64,000 nucleotides of DNA from Calditrichaceae bacterium. GTDB taxonomy: Bacteria > Calditrichota > Calditrichia > Calditrichales > JBFXGD01. The stretch spans positions 842-64,841 of the forward strand of contig JBFXGD010000002.1 of the NCBI GenBank assembly GCA_050178385.1, given 5' to 3'. A program made the position numbers and the translations under genes. Below the pieces are notes generated by a model, which saw only the letters and a program-made list of their open reading frames with translations, was not told the origin of the DNA and ran no database searches. Shown piece after piece: positions 1-9,817 of this stretch. Positions within the stretch are counted from its first letter, which is position 1. Each line of letters opens with the position of its first letter.

Positions 1-1003
1 GTAACATGATTGGGATGATGAGCAAAAATACGATTGGAAATGATAACTGCTGCGCTTCCTGATCAGTATTTGTAAGAGCGCCAACAGCAGCATAAAGTAT
101 TGAAAAAATAAAATATCCGAGAATATAAAAGAGAACAAAATATACAAACAGCATAGGGGAAAAGTTGAAATAATCCGATGAAATTGGCATGACTCTACCG
201 CCGAAAAATATCATTCCTATTCCAAAAACCGCCCAAATCAGATACTGAGTTAATCCGACAGAGCCCTGCCCCAGAATCTTCCCCGCCATCATTTGAAATG
301 GACTGGCAGATGAAAGCAAAACTTCGATAATTCTGGAGCTTTTCTCCTGGACAATACTTCTCATAATAGATGTACCATATAGAATTAGTGTGGCATATAG
401 AATTAATACAAAAATGAAGGTGCTGAAATATTCTTCGCCGAATCCCCGCTCTGATTCTTCTCCGCCTTTGGTGATTTTATATGTTTTTAAATTGATTGAT
501 TTAGTAAGTTTATTAATCAGTTCTGGATCGAGTTGTGAAGCAGCTAACCGCTTATTAACAACAATTTCAGTCACCGTGTTTTCAATTCTGCGGTTCAGGT
601 CAAAATTCGCGACATTTTTTGAATAAAAAGATAATTCACTACTCTCTGTGATATCCTCCGGAATAAAAAGGAAGCCGTCAACAACGCCCGTCTCAACCAT
701 TATTTTTTCGTTCGAAATGGAATATTCAGGATTTTCCGCGTCACTTTTTAAATTAAGAAAGTACTTTTTTGAACCGTTGCTGAGTGTGTCGGATAACGCG
801 GAATTAAGACGGGTAAAGATAAAACCAGTTTTGTCGACTACATTCAGGACTACAGGTTCCTCTGATTCAAGCCCAATGAGAAGTGACGGTATGACACCCA
901 GTGCAATCATGATCAGCGGAGTCAATAAGGTTATGAAAATAAAACTCTTCTTGAATACAGACTCCATATATTCTCTCTTAATCAATATCCATAGTTTTTT
1001 CAT
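1..1003 (-). CDS. ABC-2 type transporter permease (NatB-like), partial; the C-terminus lies beyond the window start
   Basis: Absent from the ORF track because it runs off the window. My translation of the minus strand from the ATG at 1003..1001 gives MKKLWILIKREYMESVFKKSFIFITLLTPLIMIALGVIPSLLIGLESEEPVVLNVVDKTG. The same frame is still open and hydrophobic at positions 2-61 (..SFPIVFLLIIPIM). Its ATG overlaps the TGA of the upstream ATPase gene (ATGA at 1000-1003). Confidence 0.7.
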   Translation of the reverse strand, partial: MKKLWILIKREYMESVFKKSFIFITLLTPLIMIALGVIPSLLIGLESEEPVVLNVVDKTGFIFTRLNSALSDTLSNGSKKYFLNLKSDAENPEYSISNEKIMVETGVVDGFLFIPEDITESSELSFYSKNVANFDLNRRIENTVTEIVVNKRLAASQLDPELINKLTKSINLKTYKITKGGEESERGFGEEYFSTFIFVLILYATLILYGTSIMRSIVQEKSSRIIEVLLSSASPFQMMAGKILGQGSVGLTQYLIWAVFGIGMIFFGGRVMPISSDYFNFSPMLFVYFVLFYILGYFIFSILYAAVGALTNTDQEAQQLSFPIVFLLIIPIML

Positions 1004-1905
1004 GCTTTGGCTCCTCCATGAGAAACTGAAATAAATATTTCATTTAAACTGGATCTCTGAGACTGAATACCTGTGACTTCTATCTTATCGGTAATTTCTT
1101 TCAGCAGATCATTGGTGGTATGTTTGTCATTGAGTACAACTTCAACATAATTGCCAAAATCGTTGAACTTATTTATAAATGGCAGATCTTTAATAAAGCG
1201 GGCATCGCCTTTATACTCAAGATGAACGGAATTATTACCATAATTCTTTTGAATTTCCCTGAGATTTCCGTCAAGAACTTTCCGGCCCTTGTTGATCAGC
1301 AGGATTTCATCACATATTTTTTCCGCGGCATCCATCATATGAGTAGATAGCATGATGGCCTTCCCTTGTTGTTTTAGTTCAAGCATTATATCTTTTACAA
1401 GGATAACATTGACCGGATCAAGTCCGGAAAATGGCTCATCAAAAATTATTAGCTCAGGATCATGGATAATAGAGCCGGCGATCTGCAGTTTTTGCTGCAT
1501 GCCTTTTGACAACTCCTGCACAGGGTTATCTCTATACCCCGATAATTCGAATCGTTCAAGCCAGAAATCGGTTTTTCGGGCAGACACGGCAGCAGAAAGC
1601 CCATGAAGTTCAGCAAGAAAAATAAGCATTTGACGGACCTTCATTTTTGGATAAAGTCCTCTTTCTTCAGGGAGATAACCAATTCTGCCCTTAAGACGGT
1701 CAGACATCTGCTCACCGAATAGTTGTATCGATCCGCTGTCAGGAATTAAAATATTCATTACCATACGGAGAGTCGTTGTTTTACCTGCGCCGTTTGGGCC
1801 TAATATTCCATAAATGTGACCCGGGTCCAGCGTAAAACTAACATCTTCAACCGCATTGTAATCACCAAATGATTTAAAAATATTCCGTACATCCAGAACT
1901 GACAT
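1000..1905 (-). CDS. ABC transporter ATP-binding protein (ABC-2/NatA-like)
   Basis: Walker A GPNGAGKTT, ABC signature LSKGMQQKL, Walker B LIIFDEP, H-loop STHMM. I place the start at the internal Met (MSVLDVRNIF, ATG 1905..1903), which is preceded by GGAGAA, rather than at the longer ORF-track start at 1959. Confidence 0.92.
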   Translation of the reverse strand: MSVLDVRNIFKSFGDYNAVEDVSFTLDPGHIYGILGPNGAGKTTTLRMVMNILIPDSGSIQLFGEQMSDRLKGRIGYLPEERGLYPKMKVRQMLIFLAELHGLSAAVSARKTDFWLERFELSGYRDNPVQELSKGMQQKLQIAGSIIHDPELIIFDEPFSGLDPVNVILVKDIMLELKQQGKAIMLSTHMMDAAEKICDEILLINKGRKVLDGNLREIQKNYGNNSVHLEYKGDARFIKDLPFINKFNDFGNYVEVVLNDKHTTNDLLKEITDKIEVTGIQSQRSSLNEIFISVSHGGAKA

Positions 1906-2170
1906 AGTTTCTCCTGATTTTGATATATGGCTATTTAACTCTATACACTGAAACCGCACCGCAGTATTGCCAACTATTTAATAATGTTAGAAATATGACA
2001 CCTGATCGCAAGGTTTAAAGAATAAAATTTAGAGATTTTTTAAATAATATAAGCATAATTAAAAAAGATACATATAGTTTTATGTTGAATAAACTGCTTA
2101 TTTTTTTTAATTTTATGTTTGATTAAAATATCATCATTTGAATATGCATTTCTAAGGATAGCGGCTTAAG

Positions 2171-3724
2171 ATGATTCGACGAAAATTTTTAAATGTGGTT
2201 TTATCATTATCCGGAAGTTTGCTTCTGATTCCGAATAAAATATTAAGCGCCGCTGGCAGGCCTGCTCAGTTTGATGATATGCCGGGGAAGAAAAAATTAA
2301 TTATCAATATTGCCGCCAAAGGCATCAACGCAAAAGAAATACGTGTGTTATATAAATGGAAAGAACCTTATCTCTCTCTCCCGGAATTCGTCGCGAGCTG
2401 CGATTATGGTATTTATACGAATCCGGCAAAAAGAAAATCAGTGGTCTATATCGGTAATGACAAAGCAACTTTTACCGCCGATAACACTTTTGTTATACTG
2501 AATGAACAAATTTATCAAAATTTATATGAGTCCATCTGGAAAGATTCCGAGTTGTGGATTCCGGTTCAGGCCTTATCTGATCTTTTCAGTAAGTATACAT
2601 CCCAACATATGGAATTTGATAAGGAAAATCTGCGGCTGAATATAGGAATGAAAGCCGTAAATATTTCAAATATAAAAATTTCAATAAAGGAAAACGGTAC
2701 TTTAATCCGTATTATGGTTCAAAAAAGGTTTGCCGAAAAAGATATCACCCTTGATATCAGGAACGGCTGGCTGCACGCAGATTTCTTAGGCGGTAAAGTT
2801 GACACCGAGATGCTAAGCAGGCAAAAAGCGGGAGGCATCGTCTCAAGTATTCAGGCCATTCAATTCGAACAGTTGGCATCGATCGCGTTCAAATTAAAGA
2901 CTGATATACTGTCAAAGGAACTTATTTTTGATCAGGATTCTGATGATGTCTGGATAAATATCAGGACAAAAGAGAATATATCACATGAAAAGACCGAAGA
3001 TCTGGAACGTCAGAAAAATAATTGGCTTATCGATACGATAATAATAGATGCCGGACACGGAGGTAAAGATCCCGGAGCGGTCGGGTATGGTAAGTTAAAT
3101 GAGAAGGAGATCAATCTTGCGGTTGCCTTAAAGCTGGGTGAAATAATTTCCAAGAAGAATCCGTCACTCAAAATCGTTTATACACGAAAAACGGATGTAT
3201 TTATTCCACTCTGGCAACGTACAAAGATTGCCAACGAAAACAAAGGGAAACTATTTATCAGCCTTCATTGCAACAGCAGCAAAAGCCAAAAGGCGTCAGG
3301 TTTTGAAACATACTTTTTGAGCGCCGACAAAAATGAGAAGGCCAAAGATGTAGTATTAAAGGAAAATGCTTCAATCGAATTTGAAGAATCACATGACCGG
3401 CAGCGTTACGAGGGTGTAAATTTTATATTGGCGACAATGGCTCAGAGCGCTTTTATCAGGCAAAGCCAATACTTGTCATCCCTTGTGCAGACTTCACTGA
3501 ACCGGAAACTAAATCCGCTCGGAATGGTCGACCGGGGGGTAAAACAAGGACCTTTTTGGGTTATGGTTGGGGCGACAATGCCCAACATCCTGATAGAAAT
3601 GGGATATATTTCAAATAAATATGAATCCAAAATGCTAAAAAACAAATCAACGCAGCTAAAACTCGCGGAAGCGATATATGAAGGTATTGCGAAATACAAA
3701 AATGATGTGGAAAGTTCTATATAA
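2171..3724 (+). CDS. N-acetylmuramoyl-L-alanine amidase (Amidase_3 family) with a long N-terminal domain
   Basis: Signal-like N-terminus. The C-terminal half has Amidase_3 hallmarks: IIIDAGHGGKDPGAVG, LFISLHCNS, GFETYFLS, ILIEMGYISN. Confidence 0.9.
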   Translation: MIRRKFLNVVLSLSGSLLLIPNKILSAAGRPAQFDDMPGKKKLIINIAAKGINAKEIRVLYKWKEPYLSLPEFVASCDYGIYTNPAKRKSVVYIGNDKATFTADNTFVILNEQIYQNLYESIWKDSELWIPVQALSDLFSKYTSQHMEFDKENLRLNIGMKAVNISNIKISIKENGTLIRIMVQKRFAEKDITLDIRNGWLHADFLGGKVDTEMLSRQKAGGIVSSIQAIQFEQLASIAFKLKTDILSKELIFDQDSDDVWINIRTKENISHEKTEDLERQKNNWLIDTIIIDAGHGGKDPGAVGYGKLNEKEINLAVALKLGEIISKKNPSLKIVYTRKTDVFIPLWQRTKIANENKGKLFISLHCNSSKSQKASGFETYFLSADKNEKAKDVVLKENASIEFEESHDRQRYEGVNFILATMAQSAFIRQSQYLSSLVQTSLNRKLNPLGMVDRGVKQGPFWVMVGATMPNILIEMGYISNKYESKMLKNKSTQLKLAEAIYEGIAKYKNDVESSI

Positions 3725-4575
3725 TGAGAAATCCAATAGGAATATTTGACTCGGGAATAGGCGGTTTAACGGTTGTAAAAGAACTCATAAAACTTCTGCC
3801 GGATGAACACCTTATATATTTCGGTGACACGGCAAGAATTCCCTACGGGACAAAATCAAAAAGACTGATCGAACAATATGCGTTGGAAGACGCGAATTTT
3901 TTACTTCAATATGATATAAAATTATTGGTTGTGGCATGTAATACGGCGTCATCTCTCGCGCTGCCGGTCCTCGAAGAAAAGCTGAAAATTCCGGTTGTAG
4001 GGGTTGTAAAGCCGGGCGCCAGGGCGGCTGTAAAAATGTCCAAAAACAAGAGAATAGGTGTGGTTGGAACCTCTGCTACTATAAACAGTTCATCTTACGG
4101 CAAAGAAATTAGTCTAATCTTAAAGGATGCGCAGGTATTTGGCCAGCCATGTCCACTCCTTGTTCAATTGGTTGAAGAAGGATGGCTGGATGATGAAATA
4201 ACCATGTTAACACTAAAAAAATATCTGGAGCCGATTTTAATAGAAAAAATAGATACGCTGATTTTGGGTTGTACTCATTATCCTTTATTGGAGAAAGCGA
4301 TACGTCAGGTAGCCGGGCCGGGTGTTAATCTTATTGATTCAGGACGGGAAACAGCAAAGGCGGTTAAAGAATTACTGAATGGTTTAAATATATTGAACAA
4401 TTCAGGCCGGTTTGGAGCGAACAGATATTATGTAAGTGATATTCCGGCGAAATTTGAAGAAATTGGTTCACGTTTTCTTGGTCAGCCTTTAAAAAATGTT
4501 GAACGGGTTGAATTTGAAAAATTTCTGATACAGTCAGGAATGAATATGGCTCATACTAAAATGTATGGGGCATAA
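3724..4575 (+). CDS. murI: Glutamate racemase
   Basis: IGIFDSGIGGLTV, FGDTARIPYG, VVACNTAS and LGCTHYP motifs. The TAATG overlap with the amidase stop suggests coupling. Confidence 0.95.
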   Translation: MRNPIGIFDSGIGGLTVVKELIKLLPDEHLIYFGDTARIPYGTKSKRLIEQYALEDANFLLQYDIKLLVVACNTASSLALPVLEEKLKIPVVGVVKPGARAAVKMSKNKRIGVVGTSATINSSSYGKEISLILKDAQVFGQPCPLLVQLVEEGWLDDEITMLTLKKYLEPILIEKIDTLILGCTHYPLLEKAIRQVAGPGVNLIDSGRETAKAVKELLNGLNILNNSGRFGANRYYVSDIPAKFEEIGSRFLGQPLKNVERVEFEKFLIQSGMNMAHTKMYGA

Positions 4576-4598
4576 TTTTTATGTATTGAAAGGTTTGT

Positions 4599-5555
4599 GT
4601 GATGAAAACAGTCTGCAGATTGTTTTGTTTAATTATCCTGGCAAGTTATCCGGTTTTTGCCGGTAATTCTTTAACAAGCGGGTTTGAGTTTTTAAGAACC
4701 GATTTCAGTCCAAGGACAGCCGCGCTGGGAAACGCGTTCACCGCTGTAAAAGGGGATATAAACGGTGTGTTTATAAATCCGGCCGGGTTGGCATATGTCG
4801 AAGACAGACAATACTGCTTTAATTATACAAACTACCTATTGGATATCTCCGGCGGATCAGCGGGTTATGTTCATCCGACCGAAGATTATGGTGTGCTTGG
4901 CATCAGTATTTTATACATGGATTATGGCGAATTTGAAAAAACAGATGATTTTGCAGTAAAGACGGGTGACAGTTTTGGAGCCAATGAACTCGCGCTGGCT
5001 TTTAGCATATCAAATTATCTTGACCGGCAGTTCAGTTATGGTGTCAATTTAAAATATGTATATTCAAAAATTGAAGATTATGATGCATCAGCAGTAGCTC
5101 TGGATTTTAGCATTATGTATCAGGCAGCCTTTCAGGAAGATCTGTATTTTGCCGTGTCACTGCTGAATGTAGGCCAGAATTTTGAATATTACGCCGGAAG
5201 GAAAGAATCAATGCCCACGAGTCTGCGTATCGGATTTACAAAAAAACTGGCCCATCTGCCGCTTGTGCTGGGGGGCAGCCTGAATGACATAAATATTGAA
5301 TCAGATACCATCACGGACAGGTTAAAAAGATTTTCAATTGGAGGCGAATTTCAGCTGAGTAAAATGCTTAATCTCCGATTGGGTTACAATAATGATCTGA
5401 GAAACAGCCTTGAAACCACATCTGAGACCGGATTTGACGGTATATCAGGCGGACTGGGGATCAACTGGCAGCAATTCAGGTTCGATTATTCATACTCGAG
5501 TTTCGGGCTGCTCGGAAGCACACATCGCGTAGGTATTTCTGGCGCGATTAAATAA
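4599..5555 (+). CDS. Outer-membrane beta-barrel protein, PorV/PorQ-like (UPF0164-like)
   Basis: Signal peptide. N-terminal motif FEFLRTDFSPRTAALGNAFTAVKGDINGVFINPAGLA resembles the PorV-type FL..ARs.g.G...A...D.n..f.NPA signature. Alternating beta-strand pattern throughout. Confidence 0.55.
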   Translation: MMKTVCRLFCLIILASYPVFAGNSLTSGFEFLRTDFSPRTAALGNAFTAVKGDINGVFINPAGLAYVEDRQYCFNYTNYLLDISGGSAGYVHPTEDYGVLGISILYMDYGEFEKTDDFAVKTGDSFGANELALAFSISNYLDRQFSYGVNLKYVYSKIEDYDASAVALDFSIMYQAAFQEDLYFAVSLLNVGQNFEYYAGRKESMPTSLRIGFTKKLAHLPLVLGGSLNDINIESDTITDRLKRFSIGGEFQLSKMLNLRLGYNNDLRNSLETTSETGFDGISGGLGINWQQFRFDYSYSSFGLLGSTHRVGISGAIK

Positions 5556-5586
5556 TTATTAATGAGAATGGATAGAGTGATAAATT

Positions 5587-6588
5587 ATGTTTATAGATTA
5601 TGTTAGAATTCATGTTAAAGCGGGACAGGGTGGGAGCGGATGTATGAGTTTTCACCGCGAAAAATTTGTAGATAAAGGCGGTCCTGATGGTGGCGACGGG
5701 GGAAAAGGCGGCAGTATCATTTTTAAAGCCAATAATCAGTTAAGAACACTGAGAGATTTTAAATACAGGAATGAATACCGGGTTAGACACGGCCAGCATG
5801 GAATGGGCTCCAACAGACATGGCCGGAAGACAGAAGATATCATTCTGGATGTACCGGTCGGAACTATTGTCAAAGATGAGGTTACCGGTGAGCTATTGGC
5901 CGATCTTATTGAAGATGGCCAGACCTTTATTGCGGCAAAAGGAGGAAGAGGCGGGAGAGGGAACGCCCGTTTTGCGACGCCGACACACAGAAGCCCGAGA
6001 GAGTGGGAGGTTGGGGACGCCGGAGAAGAGCGTTGGCTGACACTCGAGTTGAAGCTCATTGCCGATATAGGTCTTGTCGGTTTGCCGAATGCCGGAAAAA
6101 GTACTCTCCTTTCGCGTATATCAGCGGCAAAACCAAAAATTGCTGATTATCCGTTTACTACTCTGGAACCCAATCTGGGGATAGTCAATCACAGGGATTA
6201 CCAGAATTTTGTTGTTGCCGATATTCCGGGGCTCATTGAAGGAGCTCATGAGGGGAAAGGGCTTGGACATCAATTTTTAAGACATATCGAGCGAACGCGA
6301 ATTTTGGCCTATATTATAGATTGTACCGATGAAGACCCGGCAGAAACTTATAAAGTTTTGCGGAATGAGTTAAAATCTCACAGTAAATTTTTAGTAAAAA
6401 AACCATCGGTAATTATTTTGACAAAATTGGATATTTATCCCGGGGATAAAAAAGACCTGAAATTCAGGACAAAATTACCGGTTATAAAAATCTCCGCCGT
6501 TAGCGGGGAAAATTTATCAAATCTAAAAGATTCACTCTTTGAGTTAATTCAGTACACCGAAAAATTAGAAGAAGAAATTATTTCTTAA
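5587..6588 (+). CDS. obg: GTPase Obg/CgtA
   Basis: Gly-rich Obg fold (GGSGCMSFHREKF..GGPDGGDGGKGG). G-domain motifs GLPNAGKST, DIPGLIEGA and TKLD. Confidence 0.96.
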   Translation: MFIDYVRIHVKAGQGGSGCMSFHREKFVDKGGPDGGDGGKGGSIIFKANNQLRTLRDFKYRNEYRVRHGQHGMGSNRHGRKTEDIILDVPVGTIVKDEVTGELLADLIEDGQTFIAAKGGRGGRGNARFATPTHRSPREWEVGDAGEERWLTLELKLIADIGLVGLPNAGKSTLLSRISAAKPKIADYPFTTLEPNLGIVNHRDYQNFVVADIPGLIEGAHEGKGLGHQFLRHIERTRILAYIIDCTDEDPAETYKVLRNELKSHSKFLVKKPSVIILTKLDIYPGDKKDLKFRTKLPVIKISAVSGENLSNLKDSLFELIQYTEKLEEEIIS

Positions 6589-6589
6589 A

Positions 6590-7687
6590 ATGCACGAGAC
6601 TTTTTCTGTTGAAGCATTGATGGCATTGTACTCGATTCCTTCTATCGGTTCAGCCAAAATGCGAAAATTAATTTCCATTTTTAATTCGCCGCAGGCGGTG
6701 TTGGATGCAAGCGCTCGTCAATTGATGCATGTGGAAGGCATCGATCATAAAACCGCCGAAAAAATTAAGAGCGGTCCGGATGAAAAATTTGTTCGTGAAC
6801 AAATGGAGCTTATAAAATCTCACGAAGTCAAAATTTTAACATACTGGGATAAGCAGTACCCGGAAAGACTAAAACGAATTTATGATCCCCCGGCATTTTT
6901 GTTTGTCAAAGGAAATACGGATTGTCTCAACGGAACGGGTATCGGGGTTGTGGGTTCGCGGGTACCCAGTACTTATGGTAAAATTATTACTGAACAATTT
7001 GCCCGTGAACTCGTGCAGAATGATTTTACGATCGTTAGCGGATTTGCCCGTGGGGTCGATACAATAGCGCATAAAACAGCAATAAAAAACAATGGAATTA
7101 CGATTGCCGTTCTTGGAAACGGGGTTGATTTGGTATATCCTTCGGAGAATGTGCAGCTCCGTTCAGAGATTTTGAGCAAAGGCGCCGTTATAAGTGAATA
7201 TCCGATGAAGACGAATCCTGACGCAGTAAATTTTCCAAAAAGAAACAGGATCATAAGCGGTTTAAGTTATGGGGTATTAATCACGGAGGCGGGGGCAAAA
7301 AGCGGCGCCCTTATCACCGCATTTTACGCCCTTGATCAGAATCGCGAAGTTTTTTCTGTCCCGGGGCCTATAAATTCAGGGAAAAGCGCCGGTACGAATC
7401 GACTAATAAAAGAGGGCGCCAAACTTGTACAGGGCGTTCAGGATATACTTGTTGAACTTCCTGGGCAGATAAACCTGACAGGCAAAATAAAAGCTGCGGT
7501 TCCTCCACCGGATCTGAACGGATCATCAAAAGTTGTATATGATTTATTGAGCAGCGAACCACTGTATATTGATCAGATTGCGATTAAAGCTGATCTTTCA
7601 ACCGCGGAAACTTTGGGAGTTCTGCTAAGTCTTGAGCTGATGAATCTTATCCGGCAAATGGCGGGCAAAATGTTTGTTCGATTATGA
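6590..7687 (+). CDS. dprA: DNA-processing protein DprA (Smf)
   Basis: GSRVPSTYG, SGFARGVDTIAHK and AGAKSGALITA motifs typical of the DprA Rossmann-like domain. C-terminal winged-helix-like tail. Confidence 0.92.
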   Translation: MHETFSVEALMALYSIPSIGSAKMRKLISIFNSPQAVLDASARQLMHVEGIDHKTAEKIKSGPDEKFVREQMELIKSHEVKILTYWDKQYPERLKRIYDPPAFLFVKGNTDCLNGTGIGVVGSRVPSTYGKIITEQFARELVQNDFTIVSGFARGVDTIAHKTAIKNNGITIAVLGNGVDLVYPSENVQLRSEILSKGAVISEYPMKTNPDAVNFPKRNRIISGLSYGVLITEAGAKSGALITAFYALDQNREVFSVPGPINSGKSAGTNRLIKEGAKLVQGVQDILVELPGQINLTGKIKAAVPPPDLNGSSKVVYDLLSSEPLYIDQIAIKADLSTAETLGVLLSLELMNLIRQMAGKMFVRL

Positions 7688-7693
7688 CGATGT

Positions 7694-7724
7694 AAAAAAA
7701 ATGGCAGGGGTCAATACCTGCCAT
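7694..7724 (-). terminator. Intrinsic terminator for the minus-strand redox/two-component block (may also stop dprA read-through)
   Basis: Perfect 8-bp stem ATGGCAGG/CCTGCCAT (7701-7708 and 7717-7724) with an 8-nt loop. On the minus strand the hairpin is followed by a T7 run (plus-strand A-run 7694-7700). Confidence 0.8.
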
Positions 7725-7760
7725 TCATGTCTTAATTAAGAAGAATATTCGAAATTTCTA

Positions 7761-8924
7761 TTAACGTTTGAAGAAATCGTTAACCACCGTTTCAAGTTCT
7801 TTATCTTTTAACCCTGAAAGCTCACCTAAATAAAGATGACCGTCAGCCGGAAATTTATCTTCATCTTTGGATGCTATCGCTACCTTTTTGATAAATTCCT
7901 GCACCCGCTTAATGTCAGTATGATAAAAACTTACCGCGCTTTCACCGATTTTTAAATCTTTGATCTCTAAATCAAGCTGTGATGATTCCAGTTTACAAAT
8001 CCAGTTTTTGTCATATGTGGTAGTATCAAGTCTGTCGAGATCATCAAGCAGCGCTTTGTTGATCTTCTCAACTTTACCCGATACAGGTGCGTTGAAAGGG
8101 ATTGAATGCGTACCCTGGCGGATACTGAAAAGATTTTGCCCTTTTTTGATTTCCATCCCCAGATTGGGAAGTTCGATGGAATCAATTTTACCGATTAATT
8201 TTTTTGCAAAATCGTCAATACCCACATTCACTTTTCCGTCCTGGTCAATTCCGGCCCAGCAGTGGCCCTCGGAAATGAAAACACCACCTGGGATGGAAAA
8301 TTCGACCGAGGCCGGAATCTGTGTGTCTGTCAGATGTGTAATATTAACCTGAGGAACAAGCTGCCGATGGATGCGCTCTTGTCTTGTGATCAGTGATTTT
8401 TTGATCATGGCGAGCAGTTCATCTTCAGTAAACGGCTTCTGAACATAATCCAACGCACCGAATTTCATAGTCTCAACAGCTGTTTCGACAGACGCGTAAC
8501 CGGTAATAACAATCACATCTATATCCGGCCGCAAATGTTTTACGCTTTTGCATACATCCACACCATCCATTTCGGGCATTTTTAAATCGACAAATACAAA
8601 ATCATAATGGTGTTTTTGTATTAATCCTAACGCCTCTTGTCCTGATTCAACGGTATCGACGCAATATCCGTCAAGGACAAGAATTTTTCTGAAGCTGTCA
8701 AGAATTACGGCTTCGTCGTCTACCGCAAGAATTTTAGCTTTAGGATTCTCAACTTCGACGCGTTTAAGGCTTTTAGCCTCATGAGTGAAATCCAGATTCA
8801 GGCTGACTTTAAGCGCTTCTTCGCGTTCACCTAAAATTCTTTTTGTGTTGATTTTTTTGATTATCATGCGAATGATGATATCTGCAATCACAAAAAGAAT
8901 GACTGCTAAAACTAAAAATAGCAT
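7761..8924 (-). CDS. Membrane-anchored response regulator: N-terminal TM helix + REC + GcvH-like domain lacking the lipoyl lysine
   Basis: Hydrophobic N-terminus MLFLVLAVILFVIADIIIRMII. REC motifs LAVDDE, FVFVDLKMPEMDG (Asp113), VITGY, QKPF. Residues ~215-325 align by eye to glycine-cleavage H protein (HCWAGID.DGKVNVGIDDFA..IGKIDSIELP..G......APVSGKV..IN..L). The position of the lipoyl-Lys (ESVKA in E. coli GcvH) reads QGTHS. I see no DNA-binding or AAA+ domain. Confidence 0.75.
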   Translation of the reverse strand: MLFLVLAVILFVIADIIIRMIIKKINTKRILGEREEALKVSLNLDFTHEAKSLKRVEVENPKAKILAVDDEAVILDSFRKILVLDGYCVDTVESGQEALGLIQKHHYDFVFVDLKMPEMDGVDVCKSVKHLRPDIDVIVITGYASVETAVETMKFGALDYVQKPFTEDELLAMIKKSLITRQERIHRQLVPQVNITHLTDTQIPASVEFSIPGGVFISEGHCWAGIDQDGKVNVGIDDFAKKLIGKIDSIELPNLGMEIKKGQNLFSIRQGTHSIPFNAPVSGKVEKINKALLDDLDRLDTTTYDKNWICKLESSQLDLEIKDLKIGESAVSFYHTDIKRVQEFIKKVAIASKDEDKFPADGHLYLGELSGLKDKELETVVNDFFKR

Positions 8925-8996
8925 TTTTTGGCTCCTTGGATAAGATATACATTTATAATCACATTATAAGTTTAAATTTATTTTTTCTGCTCTCCT

Positions 8997-9803
8997 CTAA
9001 ATTCTGTCTGAGCTGCAGGGTGTTAAATGCTTTAGTTCGTATTCAAGGTCAGAAGGAATGATACGATAAAACCACCCTTTGAAATAGGGATCCTTTTCTA
9101 TAATCTGTTTATCCTTCAGCAAATGATCATTTATTTCTATAATTCTTCCCGTCATCGGCGCAAGAATATTGTGAACAAGATTATCAGTAGTGACAAGTTG
9201 GGCACACGCGTTACCCTGGACAATCTCTTCATCCATATTTAAAAGTTCTATATGGTCAATGCTGTCAACCGTTCTCAAAAGCAAATCTGTGATGCCTGTT
9301 AATACAGAACCGTCATGTTCGATGTAAAGCCAGCTCCCATAACCTAGACGAAAATATTTTGCGGGGCAGGGGATATATATAATCGATGCATCATTTTTTA
9401 CTGAATTTACATGTTTTAAAGATTTATTTATTTCAGCATATTTTAAACCCCGAAAAACAGAACTCAGCAGTTCATCTACCGTAAATGGTTTTGGCAGAAA
9501 ATCTATCGCGCCTGTGTATAACGATTTTACCGCATTTTCAACCGTGGAATATCCGGTAGTCATTATAACCGGAGAATCCAGATTCTGAGGAATGATCTCA
9601 TCCAGAAACATAAAACCGTCCATCTCAGGGAGCATAATATCACATATGATCAGCCGGTATCTGTTTTTGGCGATTTTATTCAAACCTTCATTCGCGTCAA
9701 GCGAAGAATCAACACTAAAGCCTTCGTTGGTACAAAGTTTGATTACGGAATCAATGATCACCTGTTCATCATCAATAATAAGTATATCATATTCTTTGCT
9801 CAT
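8997..9803 (-). CDS. Response regulator: REC + GcvH-like domain lacking the lipoyl lysine
   Basis: REC motifs IIDDEQ, LIICDIMLPEMDG, MTTGY, LPKPF. The C-terminal ~115 aa is GcvH-like (WLYIEHDGSVLTGITDLL..VDSIDHIELL......LAPMTGRIIEIN..L......DPYFKGWFYRI). The Lys position reads TTDNL. No HTH recognisable. Confidence 0.75.
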   Translation of the reverse strand: MSKEYDILIIDDEQVIIDSVIKLCTNEGFSVDSSLDANEGLNKIAKNRYRLIICDIMLPEMDGFMFLDEIIPQNLDSPVIMTTGYSTVENAVKSLYTGAIDFLPKPFTVDELLSSVFRGLKYAEINKSLKHVNSVKNDASIIYIPCPAKYFRLGYGSWLYIEHDGSVLTGITDLLLRTVDSIDHIELLNMDEEIVQGNACAQLVTTDNLVHNILAPMTGRIIEINDHLLKDKQIIEKDPYFKGWFYRIIPSDLEYELKHLTPCSSDRI

Positions 9804-9817
9804 CGGGATTCCTGATT

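Noticed and set aside
390-1034. Plus-strand ORFs of 78 aa and 128 aa at the start of the window.
   Set aside because: They are antisense to the ABC-2 permease frame, which is translationally coupled to the ATPase gene. Their sequences are low-complexity and Ser/Phe-rich, typical of shadow ORFs.
5736-6059. ORFs of 107 aa (minus strand) and 89 aa (plus strand, 5771-6040) overlapping obg.
   Set aside because: They lie entirely within the well-supported obg reading frame, in its GC-richer, Gly-rich segment. Open alternative frames are expected by composition there, and they have no RBS or recognisable motifs.
7761-9803. Reading the GcvH-like domains as genuine glycine cleavage system H proteins.
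   Set aside because: The lipoyl-lysine position is Thr or Asn. The domains are fused to receiver domains, and no gcvT, gcvP or lpd genes are nearby.
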